A stretch of DNA of 64,000 bases from Mobula hypostoma. Taxonomy: Eukaryota. Positions 35,829-47,971 of this stretch are shown one piece after another. The DNA is taken from positions 97,776,001 to 97,840,000 of the forward strand of contig NC_086107.1 in NCBI RefSeq assembly GCF_963921235.1, given 5' to 3'. The notes below the pieces were generated by a model. That model made no database searches, was not told the DNA's origin, and worked only from the letters and a program-made list of their open reading frames with translations. Position numbers and translations under genes: made by a program. Numbering within the stretch: the first letter of the stretch is position 1; each line of letters opens with the position of its first letter.

Positions 35829-36739
35829 TATTATTATATGCTGATTAAGAAAACAGGGTATTGAATTTGGAAAATCAGCCATGGCACAATTAATGATGAA
35901 GAATAACCCATTTCTGCCGAGATTTTCTATGTTCTATTCCTATATGAAAGTGAGTGGAGAACACGAACACCAGACAGCATCTGATCCCAGCGTGACAGAT
36001 GGGAGCAGTCCCAAAACCAGACCTTCAGTGTCAGTGGGCTCTCCTCAAGCAGCACCAATCTCATTTCAGAGGGTCTGGCCAACCGTCTACATTCGTCTCC
36101 ATAGATGCTGCCTGACCCGCTGAGTTCATCCAGCATCTTGTGTGCGTTGCTCTGGATTTCCAGCACCTGCAGGATCTCATTTCAGACCATGACGTGGTGG
36201 ACTCCCTGCCCCATTGTGCCGAGGGAGGATGTGAAGGGCTTTCAAGGGGATCCAGTCAAGCAGAGCAGAGTGTGAGAACACAGCCAACAGAATACAATGT
36301 GGACAAATTAGAGGTACAAGATCAGCAGAGTATATGTTGACAGTATATTGATGCGCCAAAGCACGTCATTTAAAGCTAAAACCCAGGTGTAGGAAGGCTC
36401 GATTACGAGAGGGTCTGCGTACAGGAATACAGACGTTTTGCAGTATTTATATAGCTCCTTGGTGAGCCCACGGGTGCAGCATTGTGTACAATTTCAGTCT
36501 CCTTACCTGACAAGGATTTACTCGCTACAGACTTGCCAGGCTGGCTCCAGGACTGGCAGGTTTGCAATAGGATGAGAGGTTGAGCAGACTGGGAACTGCG
36601 TTCGCTTGAGTTAAGCAATGGCTTTCAAAGCGGCGGGGGGAGGGAATGATCTTGGCGTGGGATGCGGGATTTTAAAAACTCGGTTCGCTGTCTTTGCTTT
36701 TAAGTAAACACTGGTCCCTCAGAGTGGGGAATGTATTAT

Positions 36740-36991
36740 TGGGTCAGCCGGTGTGGGGGACGGGGAGAAGAGTTGAGGGGCGGGAGCAGAAGCCGGCACT
36801 GAGGTTAGGGGGCACCTGATCCCTCCGACACCGACCCCGACCCCCGAGTGAGGGCCACATACCGGACCCGGGGGTGGGGAGACCTGGCCCCGGCGCCTCC
36901 ACCTTAACCCGGACTTCCGGCTCGGACCCGACGTGGCGTAAGTGCTTCCGGGTGAAACAGTGACGTGTCAGCTGGAGCAAAGCGGCGACAG
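36740..36991 (+). promoter_or_regulatory. SGSM3: CpG-island promoter and probable non-coding exon 1 of SGSM3
   Basis: CpG-dense; GC box ggggcggg, two ETS/GABP cores (cttccgg at about 36915 and 36945), CRE half-site tgacgt at 36961, donor ACAG|gtaggt at 36991/36992. It is the nearest island upstream of the SGSM3 coding exons. Confidence 0.7.
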
Positions 36992-37069
36992 GTAGGTGTC
37001 GTGGCCCCTCGGCCCGTCTAGCCCGGCTCTCCCACAAAGGGGGAGATGTGACACCTCAGACAACATATT

Positions 37070-39250
37070 GATCCTCCACCGGTCCGGTCATTCTGACCAT
37101 CTTGCCCCTGGTCCAGGCTCCCTGCCCACCTCCCGACCGGTCTCTCTGACCCACGCAACAGCCCTGCCCCTCTCACCTCCCCCGGTCCGGTCACTGACCC
37201 AATCGGTCCGGGCTTCCCGCCCCTCTCCCCTGTCCCGGTCCGGTCACTCTGACCCACTAACCCTCCATCCACCTTTCACCCGGTCCGAACTCCCTGCTCA
37301 CCACACCATCCTGTCCCGGTCCGGTCACTCCGGCCCAATCGGTCCGGGCTTCCCGCCCCTCTTCCCTGTCCCGGTCCGGTCACTCTGACCCAATAACCCT
37401 CCATCCCCCTTTCACCCGGTCCGAACTCCCTGCTCACCACACCATCCTCTGCCGGTCCGGTCACTCCGGCCCAATCGGTCCGGGCTTCCCGCCCCTCTTC
37501 CCTGTCCCGGTCCGGTCACTCTGACCCACTAACCCTCCATCCACCTTTCACCCGGTCCGAACTCCCTGCTCACCACACCATCCTCTCCCGGTCCGGGCTT
37601 CCTGCCCCTCTCCCCTCCACCCATCCCCCTTCCACCCCATCCGTATTCCCCGCTACCTGCTCACCACACCATCCTCCCCCAGTCCGGTCACTCCGACCCA
37701 ATCGGTCTGGGCTTCCTGCCACTCTCCCCTCTCCCGGTACGGGCTTCCTGCCCATCTCCACTTCCCCGGTCCGGTCACTGATCCAATCGGTCTGGGCTTC
37801 CTGCCACTCTCCCCTCTCCCGGTACGGGCTTCCTGCCCATCTCCACTCTCCCGGTCCGGTCACTGACCCAATCGGTCCGAGCTTCCCGCCCCTCTCCTTT
37901 CCCCCGATCCGGTCACTCTGACCCACTAGCCCTCCATCCCCCTTTCACCCGGTCCGAACTCCCTGCTCACCACACCATCCTCTCCCGGTCCGGGCTTCCT
38001 GCCCCTCTCCCCTTCACCCATCCCACTTCCACCCCATCCGTACTCCCTGCTACCTGCTCACCACACCATCCTCTCCCGGTCCGGTCACTCCGACCCAATC
38101 GGTCTGGGCTTCCTGCCACTCTCCCCTCTCCCGGTCCGGGCTTCCCGCCCCTTTCCCCTCCCCGAACGGTCTCTCTGACCCACGCAATCGCGGTCCGGGC
38201 TTCCTGCCCCTCTCCCCTCCCCTGGTCCGGTCACTCCGACCCAATCGGTCTGGGCTTCCTGCCCCTCTCCCCCCTCCCGGTCCGGGTTTTCTGTCTATCT
38301 CCCCTCCCCCGGTCCGGTCACTCCGACCCACTAACCCCCTTCCCCTTCCCCTTCCCCCTCCCCTTCCCCTTCCCCCTCCCCTTCCCCTTCCCCCTCCCCT
38401 TCCCCTTCCCCTTCCCCTACCCCCCTCCCCCTTCCCCTTCCCCTACCCCCCTCCCCCTTCCCCTTCCCCTACCCCCCTCCCCCTTCCCCTTCCCCTCCCC
38501 CTACCCCCTTCCCCTTCCCCCTTCCCCTTCCCCTTCCCCCTACCCCCTCCCCCTTCCCCTTCCCCCTCCCCCTTCCCCTTCCCCTTCCCCTTCCCCCCTC
38601 CCCCTTCCCCCTCCCCCTTCCCCCTCCCCCTTCCCCTTCCCCCCTCCCCGGTTTGGGCTTCCAGCCCCCCTCTCCTCCATCCGACCCGGACTCCCTGCTC
38701 CCTACCACCACACCGTCCTTCCCTGATCCGGTCACTCTGACCCACTGCCTCTCTCCCTTCCACCCGATATGGACTCCCTGTACCCTGTTCAACCGCACCA
38801 TCCTCTCCCGGTCCAGGCTTCCTGTCCCTCTCCCCTCTACACGACCCGGATTCCCTGCTCACCACAATCCTTTTCCCGATTTGGCCTCCCTGCACACCCC
38901 TCCCCCTCCCGGTCCGAGCCCCCTTCGCCCCCCCCCGTCCGACGGTCCGAGCCCCCTTCCCCCCCCGAGCCTCCTTCTCCCCCCGTCCGAGCCTCCTCCT
39001 CCCCCCCGCGAGTCCGAGCTCCCTTCCCCCCGTCCGACCTCCCTTCCCCCCTCCGTCCGACCTCCCTTCTCCCCCCCTCCGTCCGACCTCCCTTCTCCCC
39101 CCCTCCGTCCGACCTCTCTTCCCCCACCTCCGTCCGACCTCCCTTCCCCCACCTCCGTCCAAGCCCCCTGTACACACCCCCCCCCCCGTCCGAGCTCCTG
39201 CACCCCCCCTCCAGCTTCCTGCACACACCTCCCACCGGTTCGGGCTCACT
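37070..39250. repeat. C-rich mosaic minisatellite (ccggtccggtcact modules), (CCCCTT/CCCCT)n tract and ccgtccgacct repeats
   Basis: Directly visible; near-exact repeats of about 117 bp at 37200-37580 and a near-pure pyrimidine tract at about 38335-38650. Confidence 0.95.
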
Positions 39251-39679
39251 CCCCCAGTTCCACAGAGACTGAGTCTGCGACCTTTGATGTTTATTACTTA
39301 ATGACTGTATCTACTACACTCATGTTCAAATCAGTCATTAAGTTTGTAGGTGACAGAGAAATCTGTGCTGGTGTTAGTTTGGAGAACAGTTTTGTGTTGC
39401 AGAATGACGGTAATCGGCTGGTAAATGGGACTTGAGGATAAACCTGATTCTGATATGGGTCTCCATTGTGGACTGAGAGTGGGAAGGGGAATCATGTTTG
39501 GGAAAAAGGGAGGGGAGCGGGAAGGATGGATTAAGCCCAATAAGCATAAAGTGATGCATATTCTGAGGTCCAATAAGTGTCGGACTCACACCGTGAACCT
39601 GGAGGAACAAACTGGAAAGTTGGTTTATTATTGGCACTTGCACTGACAGTCTTGTCCTGCCAGATCAGAGTACTGAGGT

Positions 39680-40216
39680 GCAGTACTGTGCAGGAGCCTC
39701 AGGCTAATATATAGATTAGATAGCTAGGGTGCCCAAGACTTTTGCACAGTACTGTCTTTGTTAAAGTGGAGCGGAGAGCGAGTTTGTAAATCTGGCAGGC
39801 CAAAGTATTTTGGGAATGCCGAGGGTGGAGTGCCGCGGGGGGGGGAGCGTGAGTGGGGCAGGTGACAAGTGTGCCAATGGCAGGAGGTGTGCCACAGCCG
39901 GCCCTGAGACACCAGCTACCGTCTTTTGATCCCAAACAAATGGTTTATTGATCGTTACAGAATGTCTCTCTGGTGCTTCCCGTTCCCTTCCCCTTTTCCC
40001 AACCATGATTCCCCTCTCCCTGCCCCCTTCCCACTCTCAGTTAACAATAGAGACCCATATCAGAATCAGGTTTATCATCACTCTCATAGGTCGTGAAATT
40101 TACGTTCCTTTTGCGGCAGCAGTACAGTGCAATACATAGAATTACTACAGTACCATGCAAAAGACTTCAGCACCCTGGCTATATGGATGTGCCTAAGACT
40201 TTTGCACAGTGCTGTA
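39680..40216 (-). mobile_element. Uninterrupted composite MITE (hairpin - unique - LINE tail - hairpin)
   Basis: Hairpins cagtactgtgca...tgcacagtactg at both ends; interior matches 1066-1353 + 13682-13785. Confidence 0.82.
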
Positions 40217-40377
40217 GAACAAGGTAAACCAATAACAGAATGCAGAATAAAGCGTTACAGCTACAGAGAAAGTGCAGTGCAGGCAGGCAATGAAGTGCTA
40301 GGCCCCGAAGATGTCGATTGTGAAGCTAAGAGCTTATCTTTTTATACAAAAGGCCTATTTAGTTGTCTTATAAGAGC

Positions 40378-40660
40378 AGGACCTCCAAGAGAACCACGGT
40401 CTTGTAGGGTTTGGAGACTTGCATGCCTCAATGACCTGGAGAGCTATGTTGGCTAGAGCCAGGGCCCTGTGCTTTGGCTCTTGCCAAACAGGTCAAAGGA
40501 TAGAAACCAGACTAAGAGTGGTCCACCAGTCCTCCAGGTTTGGGGGTCGAGCTCAGGGCCAACAACCCGGACAAAAATTGATGGAAACAGCACGGACAGA
40601 CAGAGATGGAGGACCTTCATTGCTACCCTAAACGCCAGTGGCGTAACGGGCAGTAAGTAG
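40378..40660 (+). mobile_element. Non-autonomous RTE-derived retroposon; second copy on the minus strand at about 46935-47330
   Basis: Shared cctccaagag..ccac..cttgt.gtagggtttggag start and gatggaggaccttca.tgct..cctaaa.gccagtgg.gtaac.ggca end. Confidence 0.65.
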
Positions 40661-40924
40661 GTACGTTCAGGGTAGAAGCTGTCCTGGAGCCTCATGGGTC
40701 GTGCTTTCAGGCTTTTGTATCTTCTGCCTGGTGGAGGTTGTCTGGGGCAGGTGGGTTCCGATTATATCGGCAGCAGGAAGTGTAGACAGAGTCCACGGAG
40801 GGGAGGCTAGTGTAAGTGAGCAGTACAGGTAGATAGCTGGTGCAGAAGGAACATGGGATACTGGTCTTCACTAGCTGGACCATAGGATAAAGCACATTGA
40901 TGTCATAGTATGGCTTTATAACAT

Positions 40925-41104
40925 GCAACACACATAAAAGTTGCTGGTGAACGCAGCGGGCCAGACAGCATCTCTAGGAAGAGGTGCAGTCGACGTTTCA
41001 GGACGAGTCCTGACGAAGGGTCTCGGCCTGAAATGTTGACTGCACCTCTTCCTAGAGATGCTGTCTGGCCCGCTGCGTTCACCAGCAACTTTTATGTGTG
41101 TTGC
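40925..41104. mobile_element. Penelope-derived inverted-repeat element with a degenerate minimal hammerhead
   Basis: Near-perfect inverted arms of about 75 bp; centre gtcctgacgaagggtctcggcctgaaatgttgac. Confidence 0.85.
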
Positions 41105-42169
41105 TTGAATTTCCAGCATCTGCCGAATTCCTGTTGTTTGCGGCTTTATAACATGTTGTCCAGGCCACAGCTGAACAACTGTATGCACATCAACATACTG
41201 GAGAGGAAGCAGAGGGGATTCACCGAGGTGTTGCCTGGGGTGGGATATTTCAGTTACAAAGAGAAACGGATGGATTGGGTTGGTTTTCCATTGCATGGAG
41301 GAGGCTGAGAAGGGACCTCTTCAGAATTAAGAAGGGTATAGATAGGGTGGATGGCAAGACACATTTTCCTTTAGTGGGGATGCCTGAAACCAGAGGGTGT
41401 AGATTCAAGGTGAGGAGTCAGTGAGTCAGAGGGATATGAGGAAACATATCCGTTTCACTCGACTTATGAGGAAATATTTTTCACCCGGAGAGTATTTGCA
41501 AGCTGGAATGCACTGCCTGAGGGAGTGATGAATTGGAAAGTAGGTCAGGTGCCATCTTTGGGGAAGAGAACAACAAACTAATGACACACAGTGGTGGCTT
41601 TCCTCAGAACTGGAAAGGTGAGAACACAAGCCACGAAGGAGAGGAGTGGGGAGAACAAAAGGAGTGTCAGGGTGGAGACTGAGGTTGTCCGTGTGACGCA
41701 GTGCTTTTATGCAGTCAATTGCAGGATGATTGAGTGCAGTTAAAGAGATGGAAAAACAAAATCTGTCTGGGAGGCGGCACATAGTGTTTGCTGGAAACCA
41801 GAAATAAAAGAGACTCAGGCAGCACTTGTAAGCTAAATATCAGATTAGGAACAGCCAATTATCTGAAATTGGTGAATTCAGTATTGAGTGCAGTCGGCTG
41901 CAGTGTGTCTGATTGGAGGACGTGGTCCTCTTCCTCAGGCTTACCTTGGGGGTTTGTTGTGCACAGATAGGGTGGTTAGAGTGGGATGGAGAGAACTGAC
42001 AGGTGACTGGAGGCTCAAGGTCATTGTTTTGGATTGAACTGCAAAACTATCGTGTACTCTGATGTGCTTTGTGAGCCATTTCTTCTGAAAGCACTGCTCC
42101 GGGGCGGCAGGAAGGGAAGTGGTGAAAGGGCAGGTGTTGCTTCTCTGTTTCAGGGAGACGTGCCACAAC

Positions 42170-42945
42170 AGGAAAATGGTTGGAGGAATTGGAGGAGGAG
42201 ATGAGTCATTCACTAAGGGGTCAGTCCCTTTGAAAAGCTGAAAGGAGAATAGCTGGTGGAGGAATTTGCTGGGGATGGTTTGTTGGTGGAGATGGTGAAT
42301 GGTTGTTGGACCAGAGGAGTTTGATTTAGATGGTGGAGAATAATTGCTGTAGATGGTTCGTTGGTGGAGATGATGGAGAATGGTTGTGGAGATGGAAGAG
42401 TTTAGTGGAGATGGTTGGTTGATGGTGATGGTGGTGAATGATTGTTGGAGATGGAGGAGTTTGGTGGAGTTAGTGGAGAATGATTGTCAGTGATGGGGGA
42501 GGGGATGAGTCATTCACAAAAGGGCCAGTCCCTTTGAAAAGCTGAAAGGAGAATAGTTGGTGGAGGAATTTGCTGGAGATGGTTAGTTGGTGGAGATGGT
42601 GGAGAATGATTGGTGTAGATGGTTGGTTGGTGGAGATGGTGAATGGCTGTTGGAGATGGAGGAGTTTGGTGGAGAATGGTTGGTGGAGATGGTGAATGGT
42701 TGTTGGAGATGGAAGAGTTTGGAGATAGTACAGAATGGTTGGTTAGTGGAGGGTGGAGAATGGTTGGTGTAGATAGTTGGTGGAGATGCTGGAGAATGGT
42801 TGGTGGAGATGGTTGGTGGTGATTTTGGTGAATGGTTGTTGGAGATGGAGGAGTTTGGTGGAGTTAGTGGAGAATGATTGTTAGTGATGGAGGAAGGGAT
42901 GAGTCATTCACAAAAGGGCCAATCCCTTTGAAAAGCTGAAAGGGA
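42170..42945. repeat. Degenerate (tggtggaga)n array with a thrice-repeated 45-50-bp Penelope-derived anchor
   Basis: gatgagtcattcac.aa.ggg.ca.tccctttgaaaagctgaaagg at about 42200, 42504 and 42898. Confidence 0.85.
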
Positions 42946-45900
42946 GGAAACGATGCATCTGGTAAAACAATCTGTTTGAGGGAAATAAATTCTAGAGGAG
43001 GGAATTGGGAACAGTGTAGAAATGCAGATGTTTGTATTTTGATACACCTCCTCACAAAATAGAAGGAAGTGATTTGGCCATCAAATCTTTGCTTGTCCCA
43101 TTAGTCCCATTCTATCAGATTGTATCCATTCATCTTCTCCTGCCACCCATATGTGCTAAAGATAAATTGGTTTATTATTCTCACATGTACAGAAGTACAG
43201 CGAGAGACCTGTTTTGCATGCTGTCCACGCAGATCCTTTTATTAGAAACACAAAGATCAATGGTAACACACACAAAATGTGGGAGGAACTCAGCAGGTCA
43301 GGCAATATCTATGGAGAGGGATAAACAGTCAACTTTTTGGTTCGAGACCCTTCACCAGGACACTATTATCTCAATACAATGCTAATTTCATTAGATCAAT
43401 GTATTGAGGTAGTACAAAGGGAAAATCAATAATGGGGCAAAACAAGGTGTTATCGTTATAGTGAAGGTGCAGTGCAGGTGGACAATAAGGTGCAGGATCC
43501 TAATGAGGTTGTTTATGAGTTTGAAAGACCATCTAATTTACAGAATTTACAGAAACTTAATTTATAGAAACTTATGGGGTAATCACCATCATTATGTGCT
43601 GTGTCATTAAATGTGGGTGATCACGGTCTTCCATCTGTCTTTAATCTGACTACCAAGTGAGGGATCATTGACTGTGGGGCAGACCCTCTTCCTGCTGTTG
43701 CTCTTTCCACAACCATGATTGTTCTCAGCAAATCTTTCCACTGAAGTGCTTGGCCATTGCCTTCTTCTGGGCAGTTACAAAACCAGCCAGTAACAATACT
43801 CTTCTGAGATTGTCTGTCTGGCGTCAGTGGTTGCATAACCAGGACTTGTGATATGCAACACGTGACCCTGATCGGGGCAGCTGGACAGGTACATCTTGCC
43901 CCAGGGTGACCTGCAGGGTAGTGGAGGGAAGGACCACCTTACACCTCCTTTGGTAGAGGCAAATCTCCCCTCTCCCCCCCCCCCCCGCCACCCGAGGTAA
44001 TACAAAAGCTAATTAACCACATAGTTACTGAACGAACATGCAAACTTTGTATAAATAGCACTCAAGGTCAGAACTGAACCCTGTCCTTAGAGGTGAGATA
44101 GAAGATTACCACTTGTATTGATGAAAGGTAGAGCAAGAGTAAAAGACCTACCTTTTATGGTCATTCTTATTTCTCCCTTACCCAAAAGTTGTAGCTAGAA
44201 CTGTCCCTTTGCCCTGATGTTGCAACTTTGAACCCTCCCATAATCTAGACACTCCTGCCCCTGTTCAAATCCTACACTCCTTCCTTCCCCTTGACAAGAC
44301 ACCTCTCCCTCACGTGTCCTCACCGGACATGTACACTAAAGTGAACATCAAACTATTGAAGTTACTGCAAGCCTGAAGTGAAAACAAGTTACTGAAAACT
44401 GGTTCGGCAGTGTGCAAGTCGATAATTTGCTTCCACAACCACATCTCTTTCCACAGCAAATGTCTCTGACGCCAGGTCATCAAAATGGATTCCAAATGAA
44501 GTTCCGCTCTTGGTAATTCGGATCCAGCCAGGATCAGAGGTATGTTCGAGCAATCCACTGTTTCTCCTGGCAGTGCTCTCCTCATACTCGCAGATTCACG
44601 CATAATGCCATGCCTTTGGTTTCTCTGTGCAAGAGCACCAACACCTGATCTAAAAATGACCTTATTCTGCAGCTCCGGTCTGTGCTTCCAGCATTTGTTT
44701 CTATAACAAAAGTCACATTCCTTCCGTTCATATATCAAAGTTTGCAAACTTCAACTGTTCACTAATTCCAAACTCATCTGGAGTTTTCTTCCCCTTCACT
44801 TTGCTCCATCATCACCTGTCACCCCTGGGATGAAGCCCTCCCCTCGTTATCTGGACACTATTTTCCATCCCCTCCTCTGGCTTGGCCTCTACAGAATCAT
44901 AGAGAAAAGAATCAGGCCCTTCAACCCACAGTAGCTGTGCCAATCATCAAGTGCCCATCCGAATTACAGCAATTGGTCTGTAGCCTTGCATGAGCTCATT
45001 GCTGAGGCTTCGGTCAGACCGCATCTGGAGTATTATGAGAAGTTTTGGGCCCCATATCTAAGAAATTATGTGCTGACAGTGAAGAGGGTCCAGAGGAGAC
45101 TCACGAGAATTATCCCAGGAATGGGAGGGTTTATGTATGATGGGTGTTTAGATGGCTCTGGGCCTGTACTCGCATTTAAAAGAATGAGGGTGGATCTCAT
45201 TGAAACCTGCTAAATAATGGAAGGCCTAGATAGAGTGGACGTGCAGAGGATGAATCGGTGGAATTCATTGCCACGGATGGCTACGGAAGCTAAATCATTA
45301 ATTATATTTAAAGCGGAGGATGATAGGTTCTTGATTAGTAAGGGTGTCATAGGTTACAGAGAGAAGGCAAGAGAATGAGGCTGAGAGGGAAAATAAATCA
45401 GCCATGATCGAATTAGCATATTTGATGGGCTGAATGGCCTTATTCTGGACCTATGTCTTATGATCTCATCCTGATACTTTTTAAATGTGAGATTCCCTGC
45501 CTCTGCAGCTTCTCTGTTAGCACGTTCCCAATTCCCACCATCCTAAGTGAAATGGTTTCTCCTCAGATCTTCTCTAACCCCCTTTCTCATTTCCTTAAAT
45601 CTATGCCTTCTGTCTCATTATGGGGAAATCTTTCTCACTATCCACTATATCTATGCCCTTAACAATTTTTGTACACCTCTATCAGGTCCCCTCAGCCTCC
45701 CCTGCTCCAAGGAATAGAACCCAGCCTATTTACTTCCTCCTCACAACATCCCGGTGAATCCCCCCTGCATTCATGACCTTACAGTGGGGCGACCAGGAAC
45801 TGCACTCAGTACTCCAGCTGTGGCCTAACAAAAGTCTAATAAAGTTGTATAATAACCTCCCTACTCCCACCTTCCATGCAGTCGGCCACTCAGCCCCCAA

Positions 45901-47961
45901 GCCTACTGCCAAATCCAATATGATCACGGCTGATCTACCCGGGTTTCCATAGAGACACAAGACTGCAGATGCTGGAATCTGGAGCCACACAGAGAGCGAT
46001 GGAACAGCTTAAGAGTCCAGATGAAGGATCTCAACCTGAAGTTTCAACTATCCATTCCCTTCGTAGCTGCTGCCTGTCCCAGAGATCCTCTAGCGCAGGG
46101 GTTCCCAACCTGAGGCCCTCGGACTCCTTGCTTAATGGTATTGGTCCACGACATTAGAAAGGTTGGGAACCCCTGCTCTAGCACTTTGTGTGTCACCCAA
46201 TTTACAAATGGCTTATCAGAAGAGCAGAGGCCATTCATTATTTTGTTCCAAATGGTTACTTGCCAAAGCATTGTGATCTCCAAGCGAGTATTCCTCGACA
46301 TTTTTATTTCCAAACCTTTCGTGTTATAAAGGCCAATTCACTAATTGCCTTGCATGTTAATTTTATGTGTTTCTGTTAGCGCCTCTGGATTCAACATAGC
46401 AGCATTCTCGAGTCTCACGGCATGTAAATAAGTGGGTAAACTCACATTCTTGTGCAAATTTACTTTCCCATCTCCTTGCCCACGCACTTAACCTCCCCGT
46501 GTCACTGAAGACTTGTCTTTGTCCTTCTTGCAACTACCTTCATACTGTCAGTCAACTGGCTTTAGTTCCCATGTCCCGTCCCCCCGCCCCACCAGATTTC
46601 TTGGCTTGTGTCTGCTGTGAAACTTTTTTTAGAAGCTGGGGGATTTTGACAGACTGAGGCAGTTCAGCTTCCACCTACTTTAGCAGGCAGTTAGTTTCCT
46701 TAGTGTTTGTCTTTAGTAACAATTATTTCATGTTGCTTCCTCCCTTTTCAGTATTCTACATTTTTGTATGTTTTTGTGTCTTCCACTATGAAAAGCTACT
46801 AAGTGCTTGTTAAACATCACTCCGTTTGTTTATTAACCGTGTTTCACATGTCTCAACTTTCAGGAGATCAATTTTTTTTGTCCTCTTCCTTTAAGCAGGT
46901 AGAACTAATTCACATCTGTATTCTTTTCCGTTTTTGACATGCCTGTTACTCCACTGGCATTTAGGACAGCAGTGAAGGTCCTCCATCTCTGTGTATCCTT
47001 AGCCATCAAAACCAGTCTTGGTCTTCCTTCATCGTGTCAGTAGCTTCCTCTTGGTTTTCACTGTTGTCGGTCATGCAAGTCCCAGTTGGAGACTCAGGAA
47101 TACCACCGCACTTTGATGTAGAAGGATTCTTCATTGCTGGCTCCATAACAATTTTGTTTTACCAGTCGCGCTGAACCCCCAAACCAGGAGGACCACTCTA
47201 CCCTTTGACCCATTTGGCAGGGTGACCTTACCAAAAGCTGTAGCACAAGGCCCTAACTCCTGTCAACATAACTCATTGAGGCACGCCAGCCTCCAAACCC
47301 TACGACAAGGTTGTGGTCCTCTTGGAGGAACCTGAGTTCATGGTCCCTGTTATTTCACTGTTGTATTCTATGTGCTGCTCCTTTATGTGTTTTTCAGCTG
47401 ACTTTGAAAATCCTTGCAGATTTCAATCCATCTCCATTATTTGCAACAATGTCAGCATTTTGTTCTGATTCTCAATATCTTCTTTGACGATTATGAAATA
47501 TTCAGACATCTGCCACCACTAATGTAGAATTGTATCACTCAATCTAACCTCTCAGCCCACTTCAGCCATTTTTTCCCTCATGCCTACATGATTGTTTGTA
47601 TTTAATTCAAGACTCCAGTTGTGTGATGGTGATCTGCAGGAGTAATCCTTGTAACAGCTCATGGTCTGCCAACTGTTCTTTCAGGTATGGTGAACTCTGA
47701 TACCTCATTTTCTGATACACCGGTGGCTTGCATTTATGTGTTGATTAATATGTTGTTTATTATGGCGAGGAGTTTATTCACAGTGAACTGAAAGTGGTTG
47801 TTTTCCAAATCGGCTTTATTATTGATTTATTATTTGTGATTTCGTCTTCATATTCCGCAAGGTACCAATCATATTTTCTTGCTCCATAGCGCGGTGAACA
47901 ATTGAGGCAAGGGAAACACAGCAGAGACTTGTAACCTGGAAGCTGTCCTGCTTGTGGCAAA

Positions 47962-47971
47962 ATGACTTCAG
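47962..47971 (+). CDS. SGSM3: SGSM3 first coding exon (ATG ACT TCA G; exon probably 47890-47971)
   Basis: ttttcttgctccatag| acceptor and G|gtatgg donor; phase 1 joins the next exon to give MTSGSSAPPGSGPF. Confidence 0.75.

Noticed and set aside
36996..39435. Pro-rich and Gly/Arg-rich long ORFs
   Set aside because: Low-complexity repeats lacking stop codons; no domain signal.
44310..44747. 145-aa minus-strand ORF
   Set aside because: Non-ATG start, no recognisable motif, antisense within an SGSM3 intron.
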